A stretch of DNA of 64,000 bases. It comes from an uncultured Gemmatimonadaceae bacterium. GTDB taxonomy: Bacteria; Gemmatimonadota; Gemmatimonadetes; Gemmatimonadales; Gemmatimonadaceae. A program made the translations under genes and the position numbers. Under the pieces are notes generated by a model that searched no databases, was not told where the DNA came from, and saw only the letters and a list, made by a program, of their open reading frames with translations. Below are positions 42,142 to 49,600 of this stretch, piece by piece (positions within the stretch are counted from its first letter, which is position 1; every line of letters starts with the position of its first letter). Location: the NCBI GenBank assembly GCA_963790305.1, contig CAWBOC010000007.1, positions 96,001-160,000 on the forward strand. The letters are read 5' to 3'.

Positions 42142-43262
42142 TCGCACGCCCACTCGCGCTGTCGGTCATCATTCCCGCCAGGAACGTGGCTGAGACGCTG
42201 ACGACGTCTCTGTCCGCCCTCCTGCAGAGCGACCTGCCGCGAGACCAATGGGAGCTCATCGTCGTCGACGACGCGAGCACCGACGCGACGGTCCAGGTCG
42301 CGAGACGTTATGCAGACGCGGTGGTCGAGCTACCCGGCCCACGTCCCTTTGGCCCTGCATACGCACGGAACCGAGGCTGCGACATCGCGCGCGGCAGCGT
42401 CATCGTGTTCGTGGATGCGGACGTGTGCGTTCACTCCGACACCCTGCGGAAATTCGCCGAGCTGTTCGGCGCCGACGCGAGCATTGGCGCCGCGTTCGGA
42501 TCGTACGATGCCAGCCCCGCTGCACCAGGGCTGGTCTCGCAATATCGCAATCTTCTCCATTACCACGTGCATCAGCGGAACGGCGGCGATGCCGAGACGT
42601 TTTGGGCGGGGTGTGGCGCGGTGCGACGGACCGTGTTCGTCGACGCAGACATGTTCGACGAGTGGCATTATCCCCGACCGCAGATCGAGGATGTCGAGCT
42701 GGGTGCGCGGATTCGCGCCCTCGGCCATCGCATCCTCCTTCGTCCCGACATTCAGGCGACGCATCTCAAACGGTGGACCTTCGCGGGCGTCCTCCGCGCT
42801 GACCTGCTGGACCGCGGCGTTCCCTGGACGCGGCTGCTCGTGCAGCAAGGAACGGCGACCCGTGTCGCCACGCTCAACCTCAAGCGCTGGGAGAAGGTAA
42901 AGACCGTGATGGTCGGGGTTGCCCTGGCGTGTGCCGCGTTGGCCTGGCCAACGAGCGACGCACGCTGGCTGGCCGCTGCCGGCACATCACTGCTACTCGT
43001 GATCGCCAGCAGTGCTGACCTGTACGCGTGCTTCGCGCGCGTGCGGGGGGTGCCGTTCGCGCTGGCGGCGATTCCCCTTCACCTGCTGTACTACCTCACC
43101 AACGGGCTGTCCGTGTTTCTCGGATGGCTCATGCATCACGCGGTTGGGGAGCCTCGGCCCGACCCGGTGGTCGAAGCCTACGCGGAGGTCGGAGTGAAGC
43201 GGGATCCACCGCTGCCCTCTCGCCGGCGCGGGGGACCCTGGGCGGAATCGGTCACCCGCTGA
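42138..43262 (+). CDS. GT2 glycosyltransferase with C-terminal TM helices
   Basis: VIIPA, VVDDASTD, ARNRG, FVDAD, IEDVELG. Confidence 0.9.
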   Translation: MIARPLALSVIIPARNVAETLTTSLSALLQSDLPRDQWELIVVDDASTDATVQVARRYADAVVELPGPRPFGPAYARNRGCDIARGSVIVFVDADVCVHSDTLRKFAELFGADASIGAAFGSYDASPAAPGLVSQYRNLLHYHVHQRNGGDAETFWAGCGAVRRTVFVDADMFDEWHYPRPQIEDVELGARIRALGHRILLRPDIQATHLKRWTFAGVLRADLLDRGVPWTRLLVQQGTATRVATLNLKRWEKVKTVMVGVALACAALAWPTSDARWLAAAGTSLLLVIASSADLYACFARVRGVPFALAAIPLHLLYYLTNGLSVFLGWLMHHAVGEPRPDPVVEAYAEVGVKRDPPLPSRRRGGPWAESVTR

Positions 43263-43319
43263 GGAAGAGCCCTGCACCGCTGAGCGATGCAGGGCTCCCT
43301 TGCGTTCGCGGCCCAGAGG

Positions 43320-43808
43320 TCACGCCATCGTGCGGAGGTACTCGGCGAGACGCTCGTAGCTGACGTCCATTCCCTCCTTCATTCCCGTCTTGAGCGCTGC
43401 ATCCCGCGCTTCCTTCGAAGGATAGAGTATCGTCAGCGTGATCGTTGTCTTTCCGCCTTTTTCCGAGAACACGAGCGTGTTGATGGTCTCCGGCCACTCC
43501 GGTCCCCATCGCTCGGTATTGACGAGGCGTTCCGGGGGAACCACCTCCTTATAGATCCCGGTCATCCCCATCTCGGCGCCGTCGGACTTTCGCCAGACGA
43601 AGTGCCACTGGCCGCCCGGGCGCAAATCGATCTCGCACACCGGCAGCGTCCATCCCTCCCAGCCGGTCAACCAGTTCTTCACGTGATTGGGCTTCGTCCA
43701 CGCATCCCACACGCGCTTGCGTGGCGCGTCGACGACGCGAGTGATCACGACCTCGCGATCCGATGGCGTCGTGAGCTTCGTGACACCCACCTTGTCCGTT
43801 GCATTCAT
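43320..43808 (-). CDS. SRPBCC/AHSA1-domain protein
   Basis: ITR..DAPR..VW.AWT.P, DLRPGG, Y.EVVPPERLV.T, GM..G...SY. Confidence 0.92.
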   Translation of the reverse strand: MNATDKVGVTKLTTPSDREVVITRVVDAPRKRVWDAWTKPNHVKNWLTGWEGWTLPVCEIDLRPGGQWHFVWRKSDGAEMGMTGIYKEVVPPERLVNTERWGPEWPETINTLVFSEKGGKTTITLTILYPSKEARDAALKTGMKEGMDVSYERLAEYLRTMA

Positions 43809-43881
43809 GATTTCTTCCTCTCTTCCAGGTAGTCGAATGGTCAGCGGCCCGTTCGGTCGCGCGACGCTGTGACTGCGATGG

Positions 43882-44220
43882 TCACCGGTCTTCCTCCTCT
43901 GCTTTCATGTGTTGTAGGTAGCTGTCCAGGCGAGCGTAGCTCGCGTCCCAGAAGCGCCGGTACCTCTCCGCCCAGTCGGCGACCTCCTTGAGCGGAGCCG
44001 CGTCCAGTCGTCGGGGTCGCCACTGCGCCTCGCGACCGCGCGCGACGAGCCCGGCGCGCTCGAGGACCCGCAGGTGCTTGGAGACGGCGGGCCCGCTCAT
44101 GTCGAAGGGCGCCGACAGCTCCTTGACCGTGGCCGCGCCCGAGGCGAGCCGGGCGAGGATCGCCCGGCGTGTCGGGTCGGCGAGGGCGGCGAAGGTGGCG
44201 CTAAGCCTGTCAGAGGGCAT
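43882..44220 (-). CDS. ArsR/SmtB-family transcriptional regulator
   Basis: FAALADPTRRAIL, AVSKHLRVLE.AGL, GREAQWRP. Confidence 0.93.
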   Translation of the reverse strand: MPSDRLSATFAALADPTRRAILARLASGAATVKELSAPFDMSGPAVSKHLRVLERAGLVARGREAQWRPRRLDAAPLKEVADWAERYRRFWDASYARLDSYLQHMKAEEEDR

Positions 44221-44283
44221 TGTATCTAACCGTTGGGTTAGCTAACTGATCGGTTATATACAACCCCCCTCGCGAGCCGTCAA
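44221..44283 (-). promoter_or_regulatory. promoter with tandem palindromic operators for the ArsR regulator
   Basis: TTGACG-17-TATATA; palindromes CTAACC-N4-GGTTAG and TAAC-N6-GTTA. Confidence 0.6.
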
Positions 44284-44362
44284 GAGCAGACAGACGACCG
44301 AGGCATTGCGTCTTCGCGCTCCCGGCCATTCATTGCCCGACCTACCCGGTTCGGAGGACTAC

Positions 44363-45073
44363 ATGCGTGGCGCCTACATCCGCATCTGCGCGCTAGCCGC
44401 CGTCGTGCTCGCGGGCCAGACAGAGCTGGCTCAGGCTCAAGAAATGGAGACGTCTCGCGCCGCCAAGGACGGCGGCATCTCGGTCGCTGGCTGGTCGGGA
44501 AAGATCGACGCCAGGGAGGCGGCGGCTGGGCAAGTCCTCAACAATGCGAAGCTCGCCAAGCACGGCGACGACCTCCACGTCACGACCGGACCGGCCGTGA
44601 CCTATTGGAATCCCGCCAACAAGGCGACCGGCGACTACACGGTGAAGGCGACGTTCACTGAGCCCAAGTACATGGCTCTGAACAACCACCCGCACCCCTA
44701 CGGCATCGTGATTGCCGGGAATGACATGGGAACGGATCAGCAGAGCTATCTGTACTGCGCCGCGTATGGGAATGGGAACTTCATCGTCCGCGGCTTTGGT
44801 CCCGAGCCCTTCCAGGCGAACGGACGGCGCGGCGAGGCACACCCCGCGGTGAATAAGGCGGCCGGCCCCGGTGAACCTGTCACTCAGGTAATCGCCGTCT
44901 CGGTGAAGGGCGACAAGGTCGAGTGTGCGATCAACGGCACCGTCGTCGGCAGCTACGACAAGGCCGCGCTGGTGACCGCCGGCAAGCTCAAGTCCACCGA
45001 CGGCGTCTACGGAATTCGCTTCGCGCACAATACGGAAGCCACCGTGTCCGGCCTCACGGTCACGAAGCCGTAA
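44363..45073 (+). CDS. secreted beta-sandwich protein (DUF1080/ConA-like, tentative)
   Basis: GGAGG RBS, signal peptide, beta-rich sequence. Confidence 0.7.
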   Translation: MRGAYIRICALAAVVLAGQTELAQAQEMETSRAAKDGGISVAGWSGKIDAREAAAGQVLNNAKLAKHGDDLHVTTGPAVTYWNPANKATGDYTVKATFTEPKYMALNNHPHPYGIVIAGNDMGTDQQSYLYCAAYGNGNFIVRGFGPEPFQANGRRGEAHPAVNKAAGPGEPVTQVIAVSVKGDKVECAINGTVVGSYDKAALVTAGKLKSTDGVYGIRFAHNTEATVSGLTVTKP

Positions 45074-45099
45074 CGCGCTCCTTCCGTCAACAACGCGTA

Positions 45100-45145
45100 A
45101 CACGCAAGACCCCCGCGCCGGTAATGGCGCGGGGGTTTTGCGTGT
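45100..45145. terminator. bidirectional intrinsic terminator
   Basis: cgcaagacccccgcgcc-ggtaat-ggcgcgggggttttgcg between convergent genes. Confidence 0.8.
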
Positions 45146-45208
45146 GCGGGCTATCGACTTGTTAGGCTTTCACCCACAACGATCCGAAGCGATGCGGCGT
45201 GCGGCGAT

Positions 45209-45724
45209 CTACCGCACCGCTGTCGGCTCTCCCTCGTATGCCCGCTTCAGCTCCGCGATGTCGAGCTTCTTCATGTGCAGCAACGCCTCGAAGGCGCGTT
45301 GCGACGCCTCCGACGTTTCGTCGGTGAGCATTTCCGTCAACTCCGTCGGCACGACCTGCCACGACAGGCCGAACTTGTCCTTCAGCCAGCCGCATTGCTG
45401 CGCGTTGGGATCGCCGCCCGCCGTCAGCTTCTCCCAGTAGTAGTCGATCTCCTCTTGCGTCTCGCAGTGGATCTCGAACGACACGGCTTCGTTGAACTTG
45501 AAGTTCGGGCCGCCATTCAGCGCAGTGAACTTCTGCCCGTCGAGCTCGAACTCCACCGTCAATACCGAGCCTTCCGGCTTGCCGTGGATCTCATGCCCGA
45601 CCTTCGGATATCGAGTGGTCCTGGAGATGCGCGACTTCCTGAAGATGCCGACGTAATACTGCGCCGCCTCTTCGGCCTCGGTGTCGAACCAGAGACACGG
45701 CTGGATTCGCTGTGTGACGGTCAT
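45209..45724 (-). CDS. VOC family (PhnB/3-demethylubiquinone-9 methyltransferase-like) protein
   Basis: PCLWFD..AEEA, F.ALNGGP, Q.EIDYYW, CGWLKDKFGLSWQ. Confidence 0.93.
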   Translation of the reverse strand: MTVTQRIQPCLWFDTEAEEAAQYYVGIFRKSRISRTTRYPKVGHEIHGKPEGSVLTVEFELDGQKFTALNGGPNFKFNEAVSFEIHCETQEEIDYYWEKLTAGGDPNAQQCGWLKDKFGLSWQVVPTELTEMLTDETSEASQRAFEALLHMKKLDIAELKRAYEGEPTAVR

Positions 45725-45793
45725 GACGTACCTCGATGGTAGTGGCGGAAGGGGCACCAGCCAATTCCATGCCCAGAAAGCGAGCGATTGCAC

Positions 45794-45850
45794 TCCCATT
45801 GACATTCGATGGGACAGGCGACATCCTGCTCCCATCGACACTCGATGGGA
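45794..45850 (+). promoter_or_regulatory. two palindromic operators overlapping the padR promoter
   Basis: TCCCATYGA-N3-TCGATGGGA at 45794 and 45830; TTGACA-17-CATCCT. Confidence 0.75.
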
Positions 45851-45853
45851 CTC

Positions 45854-46201
45854 ATGGCCCGACCTTCGAACCTGGACCTGCTGCAGGGCACGCTCGACCT
45901 CCTCGTTCTGAAAACGCTGACGTGGGGGCCGGCGCACGGCTACACCGTCGCGTACTGGATTCAACAGCTCACCGACGACGTCCTTCAGGTCGGCGAAGGA
46001 TCGCTCTATCCCGCCCTGCACCGGCTCGAGGAGCGTGGTTGGGTCGAAAGTGAGTGGCGCCGATCGGAGAACAACCGGAAGGCCAAGTTCTACCAATTGA
46101 CCGCGGCGGGACGCGCGCAGTTGCGCGCCGAATCGCAAACCTGGACGAGGTTCGCGTCCGCAATCGGAAAAGTGCTCCAGGCGACGGAGCAGCCTGGATG
46201 A
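45854..46201 (+). CDS. PadR-family regulator (acidobacterial type)
   Basis: LLQGTLDLL.L, HGY, GSLYPALHRLE, SENNRKAKFY.LT. Confidence 0.94.
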   Translation: MARPSNLDLLQGTLDLLVLKTLTWGPAHGYTVAYWIQQLTDDVLQVGEGSLYPALHRLEERGWVESEWRRSENNRKAKFYQLTAAGRAQLRAESQTWTRFASAIGKVLQATEQPG

Positions 46202-48900
46202 GCTGGACTCGTCTGCCGCGGATCTTCCGCCCCACGGAACGTGCCGAGGTCGCGGATGAGCTGCGCTTCCACGTCGAGGAACGCGCTCGCGAGCTGATCG
46301 AAAGGGGCATGGACCCCGAACGCGCACGCGAGCAAGCGGAACGGCGCTTCGGCCCCGTCCGCCCCATCGAGGACGAGCTCGTCGACAGCACGCGACGCCG
46401 GCGCCAGCGCGAAGATCGCGCAGAGAGGCTCATGAATCTGCGGAAGGATTTGCGGTATACCCTTCGCTCGCTGCGCAAGAATCCGGGATTCGCCGCGGCG
46501 GCCGTCGGGACGCTGGCGCTCGGCGTGGGTGCCGCGCTCGCCGTGTTCACCGTCGTGAACGGCGTGCTCCTGCGGCCGTTGCCGTACAAGGATCCCGAAC
46601 GGATCACCATGATCTGGACGTGGATGCCGGAAGGCTACGGGCTGCCGCTGTCCAGCGGCACGTTCAATCTGCTGTCCGAACAGCAGACCCGTTTCGATGC
46701 CGTCGCGGCGTTTCGCGCCTGGCCATACGGATTCGCGACACCAGGCTCGACAGAGTCCGAGCGCATCGCTGGCGCCCGCGTGACACCGTCGCTGTTCGAC
46801 GTGCTGGGCGTCCGACCGATCGCGGGGCGGGCGTTCACGAACGACGAGGCGGTTCCGGGCGGACCGAACGTCGTCGTCGTCAGCCATGATCTTTGGCAAC
46901 GACGCTTCGGGGGCGATCGGTCAGCGATCGGCAGACAAATCGAGCTGAGCGGCCAATCGTTCACGCTTATCGGCGTGATGCCGCCCGGGTTTTCGTTCCC
47001 GCGCGGCGCCGAGCTCCCCGCGCCGTTGCAGTTCGCCCGCCGCACGGACCTGTGGACGCCGCTCGTGTTCGACTCCGCGGCCGTCACGGATTTCGGCACC
47101 GAGAATCTCTCCGCGATCGGACGCTTGAAGGAATCGGATCCCCGGCCGGCGCAAGCGGAAGCCAGCGTCATCATGCGTCGCTTCCTCGATGCGAACGCGC
47201 CCAGTCTCAAGACGGACTTCAAGCTCGTATCGCTTGCGGATCAGGCGGGAAAGACCATCAAGGGCGGGCTGCTCATTCTGCTCGGGGCCGTCGTCATCGT
47301 CCTGCTGATAGCAAGCGCCAACGTCGCGAGCCTCCTGGTTGCGCGCGTCTCGCATCGCCAGCGGGAGCTGGCCGTCCGCGCAGCGATGGGAGCGGGTTGG
47401 GGACGCATTGCTCGCCAGCTCGTCACCGAGAACCTGGTGTTATCCACGTTGGGGTGCGCCCTCGCCGTGCTCATCGCGTTCTGGATGACGAAGGGCATGC
47501 TGGCCCTCGTGCCAGGTTCCTTGCCACGAGCGGACGACATCGGACTCGATTGGCGCGTCTTGTCAGTCGCCGCGCTGGTGGCGATCGCCGCTGGCGTCGC
47601 ATTCGGAGTCATCGTCGCCGGATCTGTCCGCTGGTCGCGTCTGGCGGAGACGTTGCACGCGGGTGACACGCGGTCCGCGGGGAGTGTCAGTCAGCGTTAT
47701 GGACGACGCGTGCTCGTGGCAGCCGAGGTTGCGCTGTCGCTCGTGCTCCTGATCGGCGCGGCGCTGCTGACACGGAGCTTCATCGAGCTGCAGCGCGTTC
47801 GGGCGGGGTTCAACCCGAGCAACGTTCTCACGGCCGGCGTGTCGATTCCAATCGCGGGGCGTTTCGATCCGTCCCTCGGTCCGATCTGGGCACAGCGGCT
47901 CAACGACGCCAGCGCCCGCCTGAACGCGACGCCGGGCGTCGTCGCGGCGGGCGCCATCAGCTCCTTGCCGCTAACGGGCGGCGTGGAGTACGGCGGCGTC
48001 CTCATCGCGGGTGATCCCACACCGCAGCCGGGTGAGATGCCCACGGCACAGTACAACGTCGTTACGGGACGGTACTTCGAAACGATGAGGATCGCGGTGC
48101 TTCATGGTCGGGCCTTCGATTCCCGCGATGACGCGCCGGGCGTGCGCACGATCGTCGTGAATCGCACCTTCGCCCGTCAGCGATTCACGTCGGAGGATGC
48201 CGCGGTCGGTCGGGCAGTTCGCGCGACGTTCGAGTTCACCCAGAATCCGGCGCCGCGCATGATCGTCGGTGTGGTGGATGACGTGAAGCAGTTCGCTCTC
48301 GACGACGAACCGACACCGCAGGTCTACCTGCCGCAGTCGCAGCATGCGTATCCCCGTCTGGCGTTCGTCGTGCGGACCGATGGCTCGCGACTCACGACAG
48401 TCGGCGCCGTGAACATCGTGCGCCGAGCGGTTCACGACGCGGACCGGGGCGCGCTGATCGCTGACGTGCGGACGATGGACGAGGTCGTCTCCCAGTCGCT
48501 GGCGCGGCAGCGGTTCAGCATGACGCTGATCGGCACGTTCGCGTTGCTCGCCGTGATTCTCACGATCGTAGGAATGTACGGCGTACTCTCGCTCGCCGTC
48601 CGGCAGCGACAGCGCGAGATCGGCGTGCGTCTCGCCCTCGGCGCCCAACCGGGCAACGTCGTCGCCATGGTGGTCGCCGACGGGGCACGCGTCACAGCGG
48701 TGGGGATTCTCGTGGGCATTGCGGGCGCCATCGCCGCAACGCGTGTTCTCGCCTCGCTGCTCTACGGCGTCAGTACGACGGATGCCATGACGTTCGTCGG
48801 CGCGGCGGCAGTCGTGGCCACCGTTGCGTTGACGGCGACGTACGTGCCAGCTCGACGAGCCGCGGCGGTGGATCCCAGGGAGGCTCTCACGGCCGACTAA
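46198..48900 (+). CDS. duplicated MacB/FtsX-type ABC permease (ADOP family)
   Basis: EL.FH.E prefix, LRPLPY, IASANVA, RELAVR.A.GA, REIGVRLALGA, PARRA..VDP. Confidence 0.93.
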   Translation: MSWTRLPRIFRPTERAEVADELRFHVEERARELIERGMDPERAREQAERRFGPVRPIEDELVDSTRRRRQREDRAERLMNLRKDLRYTLRSLRKNPGFAAAAVGTLALGVGAALAVFTVVNGVLLRPLPYKDPERITMIWTWMPEGYGLPLSSGTFNLLSEQQTRFDAVAAFRAWPYGFATPGSTESERIAGARVTPSLFDVLGVRPIAGRAFTNDEAVPGGPNVVVVSHDLWQRRFGGDRSAIGRQIELSGQSFTLIGVMPPGFSFPRGAELPAPLQFARRTDLWTPLVFDSAAVTDFGTENLSAIGRLKESDPRPAQAEASVIMRRFLDANAPSLKTDFKLVSLADQAGKTIKGGLLILLGAVVIVLLIASANVASLLVARVSHRQRELAVRAAMGAGWGRIARQLVTENLVLSTLGCALAVLIAFWMTKGMLALVPGSLPRADDIGLDWRVLSVAALVAIAAGVAFGVIVAGSVRWSRLAETLHAGDTRSAGSVSQRYGRRVLVAAEVALSLVLLIGAALLTRSFIELQRVRAGFNPSNVLTAGVSIPIAGRFDPSLGPIWAQRLNDASARLNATPGVVAAGAISSLPLTGGVEYGGVLIAGDPTPQPGEMPTAQYNVVTGRYFETMRIAVLHGRAFDSRDDAPGVRTIVVNRTFARQRFTSEDAAVGRAVRATFEFTQNPAPRMIVGVVDDVKQFALDDEPTPQVYLPQSQHAYPRLAFVVRTDGSRLTTVGAVNIVRRAVHDADRGALIADVRTMDEVVSQSLARQRFSMTLIGTFALLAVILTIVGMYGVLSLAVRQRQREIGVRLALGAQPGNVVAMVVADGARVTAVGILVGIAGAIAATRVLASLLYGVSTTDAMTFVGAAAVVATVALTATYVPARRAAAVDPREALTAD

Positions 48901-48924
48901 AAAGCGGGAGGCAATACCGTGACG

Positions 48925-49083
48925 ATGAATAGACGCGATCTGCTCGTCGCAAGTGGGTTGTTCTTGCTTGCGGGCCCGCGCGCTATCGGTCAGGGCACTG
49001 CGCCTGCACGTGCCCAGCCCCAACCTCGCGGTCCGCAAGGAAGCCTTCTCGACGCTCTTCAAAGCAACAGGCGTGCTGCATGA
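48925..49083 (+). pseudogene. 52-aa Tat-signal-only ORF, probable truncated gene
   Basis: GGGAGG RBS; MNRRDLLVASGLFLLAGPRA then an early stop. Confidence 0.45.
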
Positions 49084-49171
49084 CCGGCGAGACTGGTTCG
49101 TGCTAGATGCCATCGAGCTGCTCGGCCGGGTGCGCCAGCGACAGCCTCGATGATCGAGACGACGGAGATCG

Positions 49172-49525
49172 TTAGGGACGTTTCTGCACCATATAGGTAC
49201 GCCCGCTGGATCCGAACGTAAGGATCATTTGCGTCCTCGACGTGAACCTTCCATCGAGCACTCCTCCATCGTCGAACGCGATCCGAAGGGTCGTGCCGGT
49301 GATTGTCGCACGCCCCTGGCGCTCTACGCCTGACAAGCGAAGCCGCGCACGAAGCTCGGATGCGTCCGACGTGAATACGAGGTTGATGGGCGGAAGAGAC
49401 TCTGTCGGCCGTTCCCACTCGCCCACGACCGTCTCCGGACTGGGCGTGTTGACTGGCTCGCAGGCAGGCATGGCGGCGATGAGTAGTGCAGTCACCGTGA
49501 CAACCGCGCAGCGACGCATGCTCAT
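49172..49525 (-). CDS. hypothetical lipoprotein
   Basis: AGGAG RBS, signal peptide ending MPAC, VVGEW beta-barrel-like start. Confidence 0.7.
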   Translation of the reverse strand: MSMRRCAVVTVTALLIAAMPACEPVNTPSPETVVGEWERPTESLPPINLVFTSDASELRARLRLSGVERQGRATITGTTLRIAFDDGGVLDGRFTSRTQMILTFGSSGRTYMVQKRP

Positions 49526-49600
49526 GTTGTCGTTTCTCCTGTACCGCCCGTTGGCGGTGAGTCGACAGCGGGGTAGCCGCGCTCGGCGGCCCAGGACTCC

